Source of the DNA: an uncultured Acidobacteriaceae bacterium
GTDB lineage: Bacteria; Acidobacteriota; Terriglobia; Terriglobales; Acidobacteriaceae
Reading direction: 5' to 3'
Assembly: GCA_963719575.1 (NCBI GenBank)
Contig: CAVRCN010000004.1
Location: 226,875 to 290,874 of the forward strand
Length of the DNA: 64,000 nucleotides
Position numbers and translations under genes: made by a program. Shown in pieces: positions 9,208 through 18,810 of the stretch. The notes under the pieces were generated by a model. That model worked only from the letters and a program-made list of their open reading frames with translations. It had not been told where the DNA came from and did not search any database. Each line of letters starts with the position of its first letter. Position 1 is the stretch's first letter.

Positions 9208-9377
9208 TGTGTAAATGGCCTCCAGCCGCGCGGCGTCGTAACTTCCGCCAACAACCGTCGATTATAAATCGGCGAAACACTGAGTCCCTAATGCGAAGGG
9301 AGTATCAGCCGTCGCGGTCGCATATTGTGGAAATACCGTACACGCAGAGCAAACACAAAAATCGACATCGAAGTCCG

Positions 9378-10160
9378 CTACTCAGCCAGAAACGCCCCGC
9401 CCCCAATCCAGAATTCCGCCAGCGACTTAAGATTTTTCTTGTAAGTGCGCGTCACCGTGTATTCCCTTCCGCCTTTCACTCGCAGGCCGTATTCTCCCGT
9501 CACATACGGTTTGATTTCTTCGACGAAAGAGGCATTCACCAGCACTGAGCGATGGATCCGAATAAACCCGTAGGGCCTGAGTTTTTCAGCCACTACCGAG
9601 ATGGAGTCGCGCAGCAGATACGATCCCGACTCCCTCTGCAGCAGCACATAATTGCCCTCCGCTTGCACGGCGACCACATCGCCGGGGTTGATGAACAGAA
9701 TCCTCCCCTTCGCTTTAATCGCAATTCTCGTATATTGCGGACGAGTCAGTTTCTGCAGCTGGGGCAAGGCTTCGATCAATTTCGCGGCGCGCTCGCCCTC
9801 GGCCCTGCGGAAAGCGCGGTCCAGGGCTTCGCCGATTCGTTCGTTGGAGAATGGTTTTAAGACGTAATCGACGGCGTGTTTCTCAAAAGCGGCGATCGCG
9901 TATTCATCGTGCGCGGTTACAAACACAACGGACGGCAGCGGCGGGTTTTTTCCTCTAAGCTGATCTACAAGTTCAGTTCCAGACAGCTCCGGCATATTGA
10001 TATCGAGTAGCAAAACATCATAGGACTCGGTCGCCAGTTTCTCGAGCGCCTCGATGGCATCGTTGGCCGAATCGAAATGCTCAACGTCCGCTCGTGCCGC
10101 CAGAATATTTGACAAGGCGGTTTGAGCCAGGGGCTCATCATCCACGATCAGCACGCGCAT
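9378..10160 (-). CDS. LytTR-family response regulator (REC + LytTR DNA-binding domain)
   Basis: MRVLIVDDEPLAQ...DVLLLDINMP receiver domain. C-terminal LytTR-like RIAIKAKGRILFINPGDVVAVQAEGNYV...IRIHRSVLVN. Start taken at ATG 10160, overlapping the kinase stop by 23 nt. Confidence 0.9.
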   Translation of the reverse strand: MRVLIVDDEPLAQTALSNILAARADVEHFDSANDAIEALEKLATESYDVLLLDINMPELSGTELVDQLRGKNPPLPSVVFVTAHDEYAIAAFEKHAVDYVLKPFSNERIGEALDRAFRRAEGERAAKLIEALPQLQKLTRPQYTRIAIKAKGRILFINPGDVVAVQAEGNYVLLQRESGSYLLRDSISVVAEKLRPYGFIRIHRSVLVNASFVEEIKPYVTGEYGLRVKGGREYTVTRTYKKNLKSLAEFWIGGGAFLAE

Positions 10161-11283
10161 GGGTTCCCTCTTCCATTTCCGTTCCCAACGGACCGCAGCC
10201 CAGGGCCGGCAGTCGTAATGTCGCGGTCGCCGAGCGGTCGTCAGTTTCGGCGAAAGTAAAACTCGCCTCGTCGGAATACAAATATCGAAGCCGTGCATCC
10301 GTGTTTCTCAACCCAACTCCCAAGCCTGGCGTGCGCTTGCCGCCGATGCTGTTGCGAATGCGGAGTTCAAGCGTTCCCGCTCGCTTCCTGGATGTAATCT
10401 CCACCCAGCCGCCGTCCCGCGAGCAGGCGATTCCGTGGCGCACGGCGTTTTCCACCAGCGGCTGCAGAATCAGTTGCGGAACCAGCGCCGGCCCCGTGTC
10501 CGGATCGATCGACCACTCCACGTTGAGACGAGTTCCCAGACGCATCGCTTCGAGATCAAGGTACTCTCGGACGAACTTCAGTTCCTCGCTCAGCGGAATC
10601 AAATCAGAACTGTTGTGCTCCAGCGTGCCCCGCAACAGGCTGGAAAGTTTAACCACCATGTTCTTGGCACTGCCCTTGTCGGTGTCGATCAACGTCGAAA
10701 TGCCATGCAACGTATTAAAAAGAAAATGAGGATGCAGCTGCATCTTCAGCGCCTGGAGCTCGCTGGCGGCCAGCGCCCTCTGAAATTCGACCTTTTCCAT
10801 CTCCTGCCTACGCAGCTTTTCGAAGTACTGGTAAGCATGGGCAGCCGCCACAATCGCGATGTACATGGTGATTTGATCGGCAAATCCCGAGTAGATCAGC
10901 TCCAGTGGTCCGTGCTTGGTCCGCGGGACATATTGCTGCAGCGCTGCGTCCCACGGCGGCAAAATGGTCCACCGAATACACGCATAAAGCAGCATGAACG
11001 GCGCAACGCCGAGGCAGTAGGCCAACACATACTGAAATCGATTTCGCGTAATGCCCATGTAACGACGAGCGAAATAGAAGATTGGCGGGGTTAACAGAGC
11101 AAAGGAAAATCCCCGTGACTCTGCCAGCAGCAGCATGTCGAACAGAGACGACTGTATGTTCATCGCCTTATCGAAGACACGGTACTGCACACCAGTCAGC
11201 AAAGAAAGCCCGCACCACACGGCAATCGAGAGGCCGTACGCGCGAGCCACTGGCCGAAATTCTTTCAGCTTCATCCTCGGCAT
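10138..11283 (-). CDS. LytS/YehU-type sensor histidine kinase (membrane N-terminus, His_kinase + HATPase)
   Basis: Several N-terminal TM segments. LHPHFLFNTLHGISTLI phosphoacceptor box. C-terminal LQPLVENAVRHG ATPase motif. Confidence 0.85.
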   Translation of the reverse strand: MPRMKLKEFRPVARAYGLSIAVWCGLSLLTGVQYRVFDKAMNIQSSLFDMLLLAESRGFSFALLTPPIFYFARRYMGITRNRFQYVLAYCLGVAPFMLLYACIRWTILPPWDAALQQYVPRTKHGPLELIYSGFADQITMYIAIVAAAHAYQYFEKLRRQEMEKVEFQRALAASELQALKMQLHPHFLFNTLHGISTLIDTDKGSAKNMVVKLSSLLRGTLEHNSSDLIPLSEELKFVREYLDLEAMRLGTRLNVEWSIDPDTGPALVPQLILQPLVENAVRHGIACSRDGGWVEITSRKRAGTLELRIRNSIGGKRTPGLGVGLRNTDARLRYLYSDEASFTFAETDDRSATATLRLPALGCGPLGTEMEEGTHARADRG

Positions 11284-11730
11284 CTTATTCCCCTCGCCGC
11301 GTTCCCTGACGATAGAGGTGCAGAACTACAAGCAAACGCTCCGAGCATACTTTCACGAGGTTTGGACCGTGGCAAACACAGACCAACTCTGAACTCGTCG
11401 GCAACCGCCCCGAAGTCCCGATGCGTGCCGCCGCGGATAACACAAAAACCTCTCCCGACCCGCAGCTCCACTCCGTCTTTTTGTAGACTTCTATGCGCAA
11501 AATTCCTTTTCTGGTAGATGCGCCGCAATTTCTACGAGCAGATCGATCCCATTGCCTCGAACCGCAAATCCTAATCCCGTTTGCCGGATGTTCAGATTTG
11601 TAGGACGGCACCTTCCTTTTGTCTTGCCGTAACTCGGCCCCCAGAACTCGCCGCGGGTGGTCCTGTGACTGCACTAGACACTGCTAGTCAGAACGGTGTC
11701 AGTCAGTGGACTTAACAAGGGAGACCAACA

Positions 11731-14700
11731 ATGCGATCGAACACATCCAGCAGGCTATTTGTTTTGGCAGCTGTGTTGACCCTTGCGCTACCGTGCGCGC
11801 TGTTGTCGCAGAGTGCAACCGAAGGCGCAGTCAGCGGAACGGTTACCGACGCATCGAACGCAGTTCTCGCCAATACTGCCGTCACGTTGAAAAACTTGGA
11901 CAAAGGTTACTCGCGCCAAACCACCACCAACGCGCAGGGCATTTACCAGTTTCCTCTGGCCGACCCAGGCAATTATGAAGTGGTCATCGCCGCCACCGGC
12001 TTCAAGCAATTTGGAGCCAAGGCCGCGGTGAACGTTGGTCAGGTAACCGTGGTCAATGCCAAGCTCGAAGTAGGTGCTGCCGGAACCACGGTGGAAGTCT
12101 CCGCCTCAGCCCCGCTCATGGATACGGAAGCCGCCGACATGTCCACCTCTTTTGATAGCAATCTGGTCCAAAACCTGCCCAACGGCGGTAACGACCTGAC
12201 CGCCGTCGCCTATACCGCGCCGGGAGTCGTCATGAACAGTGGCGGCATGTACGGCAACTTCACCGCGAATGGTCTGCCCGCCACCTCAAACGTGTTCACG
12301 GTGGACGGCGAAAATCAAATGGACCCGTTCCTCAACCTGAACAACTCTGGTCCCACCAACCTGATGCTGGGCAAGAACAGCATCGACGAAGCCACCGTCG
12401 TCACCAACGCCTATTCCGGCCAATACGGTCAACAAGCCGGAGCTCAGGTCAACCTGGTGAGCAAGGGCGGCACCAACAACTACCACGGCAACGTGCAATA
12501 CCAGTGGACCGGGCGCCTTCTGGATGCAAACGACTGGTTCAACACATTCTTTCAGCCACAGCAGCCTCGTCCATTCGCCAACAATAACCAGTGGGCGGCT
12601 TCTTTCGGCGGACCCATCAAGAAGGACAAAACTTTCTTCTTTGTCGACACCGAAGGCATTCGTTACATTGTCCCGTCGACAACCACCGTCTACACTCCCA
12701 CAGCTGCGTTTTTGGCTGACACACTGAACATCGGCCTTGCTGGAGCATCTGCCAACACGATCGCGACCTACACCAAGGCATCCACAATTTGGCAGGCCGC
12801 TCCCGGCTTCAAGAACGGCGCTGCGATCGCGGCGAGCCAAAGCTGCGTCGACCCACTCACCGGGCTGCAAATCGATAACGGCCCAACCGCAACCGCCACC
12901 GCCGGCTGCTTGCAGTCGTACAGCGCGAGCCCAGCCCTGCCCGCGAAAGAGACGCTGCTGATCGGCCGTTTCGATCAGAACTTCGGCACCAATGACCGCC
13001 TGTTCTTCCGTTTTGACATCGACACCGGCACTCAGGCCACTTACGCGGACCCGATCGATCCCTCAGCTTTTTCCGCCGCGAGTTACCAGCCGGAATACAA
13101 CAACAGCCTGAACTGGTCGCATACTTTTAGCGGCACTGCCACCAACCAGTTCGTCGCTGCCGTCAGCTACTATCGCGCGATTTTCATCGAGAACACCAAC
13201 CAGGCCACCTCGCCCTTTCCTTACTCGATGTTTGTCGGCACGACCGTCGGCGTCTCCAGCCCTTTTGGGCTGCCTTCCGCCACCGGTCTGAACGCCGAAA
13301 ACTTTGCATTCCCGCAAGGCCGCAACGTCACACAATCGCAACTAGTCGACGATTTCGCCAAGACCTTCGGCCGCCACAGCATGAAAGTCGGCGTCAACTT
13401 CCGGCGCTATGACATCACCAACTATGACGCTTCTGAATTAGTGACTCCGTTGGTCTATTCCGGACTCGGCGATTTCTTTAGCGGCAACGCGTCCATCTAC
13501 GCGCAGAACAATCCGCTTCATCCCACCGCACCCATGAACACCGGCGGTCTCGGCGTTTACGCCCAGGACGAATGGGCCGTCATGTCACGACTCAAGCTGA
13601 CGTTTGCCCTGCGCGCGGAGCATAATTTCAATCCCACCTGCGATATCAACTGCTTCACCTTGCCCAGCGCGCCGTTTTCGCAAATCAAGACGCAAGGTGT
13701 AAACATCCCTTACGACCAGGCGCTGCTCACCGGACGAAAAGATGCGTTCGGCTCCGTGGACAGCATCAATTTCGCTCCGCGCTTTGGCTTTACCTGGTCG
13801 CCGCGAGCCGACAGCAAGACTGTCGTCAGCGGCGGCTTCGGAATCTTCTATGATGCGTTCCCGGCGTTTATCACCGACTCGTTCGTCAACCTCCCCTACC
13901 TCGTGGGAGTAGATCTGTTCGGTCCAGACATCGGAGGCGGACCCGTGGCTTGGGGTGATTCGGCCGGCGCTGCCGCTACCGTAACCAATACCGCAAATAC
14001 CATTCGCAACGGAAACGCTGCGCTCGGAATTCCCTCCCTCACCAACGGCCTGACGGTGAACCAGCTTCTGGCCGCCGGCGGCGCGCAGCCAAACGTTACC
14101 GGGTTCCCGACCAAGCTGCGCACGCCGCAATACCAGGAATGGAACCTCCAGGTGCAAGAGGCCATCGACAGCAAAAGCAAAATCACCATCGCCTATGTGG
14201 GAAGCCATGGCTACCACGAGCCCTACCCCAACAACACGCTGAACGCAAGCACGGCCAGTGTCCCCGGCTTCGGCCCGCAGATCACCGGCTACGCCACCAC
14301 CACGCCCGATCCCCGCTTCGGCACGTTTACCGAGTGGAATTCCGGAGCCGTATCCAACAACAACGAAATGACCGCCACCTTCACTCGCCGCCTAGGAGCC
14401 GGCTTCGTGCTGAACTCCAACTTCACCTGGGCGCACACGCTCGACGAAATCTCCAACGGATCGCTCCTGCCCTCAAGCACCAGCGCCATCCAGGGGCAAA
14501 TCAACCCGCTCAACTTCCGGGCCAACAATTACGGCAATGCCGATTACGACATTCGTCACAGCTTCAACGCAAACTACGTTTGGACCGAGCCGTTCCACTT
14601 CCAGAACCGTGCCATGAGCGGCATCCTGGGCGGCTGGATTCTCTCCGAGAACTTCATCGCCCGCACCGGCCTGCCTTACACGGTCACCGACGGCACCACC

Positions 14701-15150
14701 TCGATCACCAACGGCGGCACGGCCACCCCCGCTCAGCTGACCAGCCTGAACGCTTCGCAAAACTGCGTGAACGGGTACAGCACGTGTTTCAATTCCGCCG
14801 ACTTTGCCAGCGCCAATAACTTAGGGCTATTCCCAACCCAAATGCGCAACCAGTTCCGCGGGCCCGGATTCTTCGACTCGGACTTCACCGTCGGGAAGAA
14901 CTTCCACGCCACCGAGCGTGTGAAGATTACGGTTGGTGCAAACATCTACAACATCTTCAACCATCCCAATTTCCAAAACCCGAACAAGAACTGGACGCCC
15001 GGCTGTTCCACCATTCCAGCCGGGTCGCAGCAGGCCAGCTGCGGCAACATCACGGGACAAGCCGCACCGCCAACCGGACCTTACGGCTCGTTCTTTAACG
15101 GCCTCCCCGCCGGGCGCGAGGGGCAGCTTCAGGCTAAAATAGTTTTCTGA
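11731..15150 (+). CDS. TonB-dependent receptor with N-terminal carboxypeptidase-regulatory-like domain
   Basis: 1139 aa with signal peptide. GAVSGTVTDASNAVLANTAVTLKN...GIYQFPLADPGNYEVVI CarboxypepD_reg-like start. C-terminal aromatic residue (..AKIVF). AAGGGA RBS upstream. Confidence 0.85.
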   Translation: MRSNTSSRLFVLAAVLTLALPCALLSQSATEGAVSGTVTDASNAVLANTAVTLKNLDKGYSRQTTTNAQGIYQFPLADPGNYEVVIAATGFKQFGAKAAVNVGQVTVVNAKLEVGAAGTTVEVSASAPLMDTEAADMSTSFDSNLVQNLPNGGNDLTAVAYTAPGVVMNSGGMYGNFTANGLPATSNVFTVDGENQMDPFLNLNNSGPTNLMLGKNSIDEATVVTNAYSGQYGQQAGAQVNLVSKGGTNNYHGNVQYQWTGRLLDANDWFNTFFQPQQPRPFANNNQWAASFGGPIKKDKTFFFVDTEGIRYIVPSTTTVYTPTAAFLADTLNIGLAGASANTIATYTKASTIWQAAPGFKNGAAIAASQSCVDPLTGLQIDNGPTATATAGCLQSYSASPALPAKETLLIGRFDQNFGTNDRLFFRFDIDTGTQATYADPIDPSAFSAASYQPEYNNSLNWSHTFSGTATNQFVAAVSYYRAIFIENTNQATSPFPYSMFVGTTVGVSSPFGLPSATGLNAENFAFPQGRNVTQSQLVDDFAKTFGRHSMKVGVNFRRYDITNYDASELVTPLVYSGLGDFFSGNASIYAQNNPLHPTAPMNTGGLGVYAQDEWAVMSRLKLTFALRAEHNFNPTCDINCFTLPSAPFSQIKTQGVNIPYDQALLTGRKDAFGSVDSINFAPRFGFTWSPRADSKTVVSGGFGIFYDAFPAFITDSFVNLPYLVGVDLFGPDIGGGPVAWGDSAGAAATVTNTANTIRNGNAALGIPSLTNGLTVNQLLAAGGAQPNVTGFPTKLRTPQYQEWNLQVQEAIDSKSKITIAYVGSHGYHEPYPNNTLNASTASVPGFGPQITGYATTTPDPRFGTFTEWNSGAVSNNNEMTATFTRRLGAGFVLNSNFTWAHTLDEISNGSLLPSSTSAIQGQINPLNFRANNYGNADYDIRHSFNANYVWTEPFHFQNRAMSGILGGWILSENFIARTGLPYTVTDGTTSITNGGTATPAQLTSLNASQNCVNGYSTCFNSADFASANNLGLFPTQMRNQFRGPGFFDSDFTVGKNFHATERVKITVGANIYNIFNHPNFQNPNKNWTPGCSTIPAGSQQASCGNITGQAAPPTGPYGSFFNGLPAGREGQLQAKIVF

Positions 15151-16353
15151 GTGGGTACGAAAACAGAATTGCGAACGCACGATTGTAACGAACCAGATGC
15201 CGTGTCTCACCGCCCTGCAATCCGGAAGCCGCGAAGAATATTCGTGGCTTCCCTATTTCTATTGCTGTCGCTGTGCCTCGCGATCCCCGCACTCGCCCAG
15301 ACCGGCGATAACGACAAGACGATCGACCTGACAGTCCATCACGCCCCGGATTTCGGAGCCGAGGGCGTGTGGCTTGACCAGGGATCTCCAGCTCCGCATC
15401 ACATCTCCGGCTATCGCGGCCGCGTTCTGCTCATCGATTTCTGGGAGTACACCTGCATCAACTGCATCCGCGACTTCGGCGTGGTCAAGCGCTGGTACGG
15501 CAAATACCACCAGTACGGCTTGGATGTCGTCGGAGTCCACTACGGCGAGTTCGCCATCGGCTTCAATGTCGAGAACGTCCGCGCCGCGGCGCAGCGCTTC
15601 CGCCTGCCCTGGCCCGTGGTCGCCGATCAGAAAGGCACGACCTGGAAGGCGTATGCGTCTAACGGATGGCCCAACCGCTATCTCGTGGACCCGCAGGGCA
15701 ACATCGTCATGAAAGTTTTCGGCGAATCCGGCAACCGCGAGCTCGAATCGAAGATCCGCGAACTGCTCGTGGCCGCGCATCCTGAAATGGCGCAGGAAAT
15801 ATCGAAGATCCCGCTCGATCCCGACGAGAACGCTTTCAAACCAGAATGCGGCGTGACGACTCAGGAAACTTTCGTCGGTGAAATCTACGGACGCAGCGCC
15901 GTCGAAGATATGGCCGGCCACCACGCCGGCGACGAAGCCGATTTCCAGCCTCCGCATTCCCCGCCCGACGGCGGAGTCATGCTGGTCGGCCGCTGGCGCG
16001 TCGAACGCGACGGCGTATTTTCCGACGGTCACGGCGCAGCCGCCGAACTCCGTTACCACGCCCGCTCGCTCTACGCCGTTCTCAGTCTCAAAAACGATAG
16101 CCCGAAAAGCGACAAGCCCATCCGCGTCAACTTATTCCAGGATGGCAGCCCCCTGCCGAAAGATAGCGGCGGCGCCGATGTGAAATTCGACGCCAAGGGA
16201 GCCTTCATCAACGTCACCGGCTCACGCATGTACTACGTGGTGCGCAGCCCCGCCTTCAGCGCTCACCTGATCTCCCTGCAACCAGAAAGCCCAGGCTTAG
16301 GCCTGAATTCCTTCACCTTCGGCAACAACTGCCAACTCGCAGACATCCCGTAG
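15151..16353 (+). CDS. secreted thioredoxin-fold (TlpA/DipZ-like) protein with C-terminal beta-rich domain
   Basis: Signal peptide LLLSLCLAIPALAQ. LIDFWEYTCINCIRDF CxxC motif with WPNRYLVDPQGNIV. GTG start abuts the receptor stop codon, and the exact start is uncertain. Confidence 0.75.
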   Translation: MGTKTELRTHDCNEPDAVSHRPAIRKPRRIFVASLFLLLSLCLAIPALAQTGDNDKTIDLTVHHAPDFGAEGVWLDQGSPAPHHISGYRGRVLLIDFWEYTCINCIRDFGVVKRWYGKYHQYGLDVVGVHYGEFAIGFNVENVRAAAQRFRLPWPVVADQKGTTWKAYASNGWPNRYLVDPQGNIVMKVFGESGNRELESKIRELLVAAHPEMAQEISKIPLDPDENAFKPECGVTTQETFVGEIYGRSAVEDMAGHHAGDEADFQPPHSPPDGGVMLVGRWRVERDGVFSDGHGAAAELRYHARSLYAVLSLKNDSPKSDKPIRVNLFQDGSPLPKDSGGADVKFDAKGAFINVTGSRMYYVVRSPAFSAHLISLQPESPGLGLNSFTFGNNCQLADIP

Positions 16354-16422
16354 CCCTACGCATTACCCTGTGACCCTCAGTGTCCTCTGTGGTCAAGCCC
16401 TTGGCATGAACCCTGATCGACC

Positions 16423-17805
16423 CTAATCGTAATACTCCAGCCCCAGATGCGTAATCAACTCCTCGCCCTTCAAATGCCGCAGCGTGTTCTTCAACTTCAT
16501 CAACTGAATAAACAAATCATGCTCCGGATAAAGCCCCGGCGCCGTCATCGGAGACTTAAAGTAAAAGCTTAACCATTCCTGAATTCCAATTCCCTTCAAC
16601 TCCGAACAACGCTGCGCCAGGTCGACAAACAAAACCAGGTCGAGCACAATCGGCGCCGCCAGAATCGAATCGCGGCACAGAAAATCCACCTTGATCTGCA
16701 TCGGATACCCCAGCCATCCGAAGATATCAATGTTATCCCAACCCTCTTTATTATCACCACGCGGCGGATAATAGTTAATCCTCACCTTGTGAAAAATATT
16801 CCCGTACAAATCCGGATACAGAGCCGGCTGCAGAATGTGCTCCAGCACCCCCAGCTTCGATTCTTCCTTGGTCTTGAACGACCCCGGATCGTCCAGCACC
16901 TCCCCATCGCGGTTGCCCAGAATGTTGGTGGAATACCATCCGCTCAGCCCCAGCAGCCGCGCCTTGAACGCGGGAGCAAGCACAGTCTTCATCAAAGTCT
17001 GCCCGGTCTTAAAATCTTTCCCGCAAATCGGCGCGTTATTCTTGCGCGAAAGTTCCAGCATCACCGGCAGATCCACCGTAAGGTTCGGCGCGCCATTCGC
17101 AAACGGAACGCCTTCCATCAGCGACGCATACGCATAAATCATCGAAGGCGCAATCATCTCGTCGCTCTCATGCAGCGCCTTCTCAAACGCCTTTATCGAC
17201 TGGTGCGCCGCCGTCGCCTCGATGTAAGACTCGGTGGATCCGCACCACATCGTCACCAGCCGGCTCGCCCCGCTGGTCTTCCGGAAGTCGCGGATATCGG
17301 CGCGCAACTGCTCCGCCAGCTCCATTTTGTTTTTGCCCTTCTTCACGTTGGGCCCGTCAATCTTCTTCACGTAATTGTGGTCAAACACCGCCGCCCGCGG
17401 CTTCACCGACGAAAGAAACGGCTTCAGTTGGTCGAGCAGCCTCTGGTCGAGCACGCCCGCATGCGTCGCGGCGTCATACATGTTGTCTTCAAAAATGTCC
17501 CAGCCCGTGAACACCAGATCATCAAGCGTAGCCAGCGGCACAAACTCCGTAACCTTCGGCGAGCGCCCATCCGTGCGCTTGCCCAGCCGCACCGTGCCCA
17601 TCTGCGTGAGCGACCCAATCGGCTTCGCCAGCCCCTTGCGAATCGCCTCCACGCCCGCGACAAACGTAGTCGCCACGGCGCCCATGCCCGGGATCATCAC
17701 CCCCAGCTTCCCTTTCGCCGGCGCAATCGTAATCTCATGCCCCGAAGCAACTTCCACTCTCGCCGTCTTCCCCGCCACTTTTGCAGACTTCTTCTTTGTC
17801 GCCAT
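16423..17805 (-). CDS. ino1: inositol-3-phosphate synthase (myo-inositol-1-phosphate synthase)
   Basis: 460 aa. GVMIPGMGAVATTFVAGV Rossmann start, then GKDFKTGQT, STNILGNRDG and SILAAPIVLDL motifs typical of the MIPS family. Confidence 0.85.
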   Translation of the reverse strand: MATKKKSAKVAGKTARVEVASGHEITIAPAKGKLGVMIPGMGAVATTFVAGVEAIRKGLAKPIGSLTQMGTVRLGKRTDGRSPKVTEFVPLATLDDLVFTGWDIFEDNMYDAATHAGVLDQRLLDQLKPFLSSVKPRAAVFDHNYVKKIDGPNVKKGKNKMELAEQLRADIRDFRKTSGASRLVTMWCGSTESYIEATAAHQSIKAFEKALHESDEMIAPSMIYAYASLMEGVPFANGAPNLTVDLPVMLELSRKNNAPICGKDFKTGQTLMKTVLAPAFKARLLGLSGWYSTNILGNRDGEVLDDPGSFKTKEESKLGVLEHILQPALYPDLYGNIFHKVRINYYPPRGDNKEGWDNIDIFGWLGYPMQIKVDFLCRDSILAAPIVLDLVLFVDLAQRCSELKGIGIQEWLSFYFKSPMTAPGLYPEHDLFIQLMKLKNTLRHLKGEELITHLGLEYYD

Positions 17806-17958
17806 AGGTCGACCGCTTCCTCAGTAAGTATCAGTATGGATACGCAAACCTTGTATGTTCTCGTATCCGGCAGTGATATTGCAAACCAGCGCCGCCAAAT
17901 GCGCAGAAAAATCGGTCCAACGGTGCAGAGTCGGCACTGGACGGAAAAAATGCAACAT

Positions 17959-18032
17959 CCTTTGCGACCTTCGCGGCCGTTCTTTGCGATCTTCGCGGTT
18001 AAAAGCTTTAAAGGCCCTAAAGCTTTAAAACT
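17959..18032. repeat. dispersed intergenic repeat (CTTTGCG...CGCGGTTAAAAGCTTT family)
   Basis: CCTTTGCGACCTTCGCGGCCGTTCTTTGCGATCTTCGCGGTTAAAAGCTTTAAAGG is related to the left arm of the palindrome at 25487-25612. Confidence 0.5.
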
Positions 18033-18306
18033 CATTACTTAGGTCACGCCCTCCCTACAAATGCCCCCCATAATTTTTTTGAATTGGACTCTCGCTCTCT
18101 CATCCGTCACAATGTACTCACTTCACCAACCAGCTCTGCAGCCGGTCCCGTGAAGCCGACGTTTGCCTGCGAGCTTTGCTGCCCGCAGCGCAAATCTCCT
18201 GACCTCGTTGTTCTCCACCGCAATCTGAGCACTCCTTCAGGCCGGACGCCGAAGTGTGCTCGCAGATTGGTCTTCGGACCTGGTTTTTACAAGAACAGGA
18301 GATTCC

Positions 18307-18732
18307 ATGACTTCCATTCGCAGATTCGTCTACGCCGCAGCCCTCACCCTCACCGCCTTCAGCTTCGCGCCCACCCCGGCTTCTGCCCAGGCAGCGCGCG
18401 GCCGCTTCGTGCTCACGCACGAAGTGCACTGGCAAACCACGCTGCTCCCTGCTGGAGAGTACGAGTTCTCTTTCCAGCCCGACGGCCCTTCCGACATGCT
18501 GTTCGTTCGCACGCTCAGCGGCTCGGGACCCGGATTCATGATGCTGGTGAATGACGTCACCGAAATCAAGCCTTCCGGCACCGACCACCTGCTCCTGGTG
18601 CCGCGCGAAGGAAAGAGTTTCGTCAGCGCCATGGAACTACCCGAGGCGGGCGTGACCCTGCATTTCGCGGTGCCCTCCGCGGCCCGTCAGGTTGCGGCGG
18701 CAGACCCGGCGCCAATCCCGGCATCCCGGTAA
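18307..18732 (+). CDS. secreted hypothetical protein
   Basis: AGGAGA RBS 5 nt upstream of ATG 18307. Signal peptide ending ASAQ. Followed by a strong terminator. Confidence 0.6.
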   Translation: MTSIRRFVYAAALTLTAFSFAPTPASAQAARGRFVLTHEVHWQTTLLPAGEYEFSFQPDGPSDMLFVRTLSGSGPGFMMLVNDVTEIKPSGTDHLLLVPREGKSFVSAMELPEAGVTLHFAVPSAARQVAAADPAPIPASR

Positions 18733-18751
18733 ATTAACCCGCACCAAAACC

Positions 18752-18790
18752 AGAGAGCAGATTCCGCAAGGAACCTGCTCTCTTTTTCTT
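18752..18790 (+). terminator. Rho-independent terminator
   Basis: AGAGAGCAG-(14 nt, internally pairing TTCC/GGAA)-CTGCTCTCT followed by TTTTTCTTT. Confidence 0.6.
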
Positions 18791-18810
18791 TGTTGTCCGT
18801 TGGAGTATTA

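Noticed and set aside
11284-11730. Possible riboswitch (e.g. cobalamin) in the 447-bp leader of the TonB-dependent receptor
   Set aside because: I could not find a B12 box or any other riboswitch core by eye. The ORFs listed here (11285..11674, 11271..11528) look spurious. A covariance-model scan is needed to settle this.
16789-18042. 417-aa plus-strand ORF antisense to inositol-phosphate synthase
   Set aside because: Same reasoning: the sense gene is strongly supported. The antisense product is R/H/P/Q-rich and runs on through an intergenic repeat.
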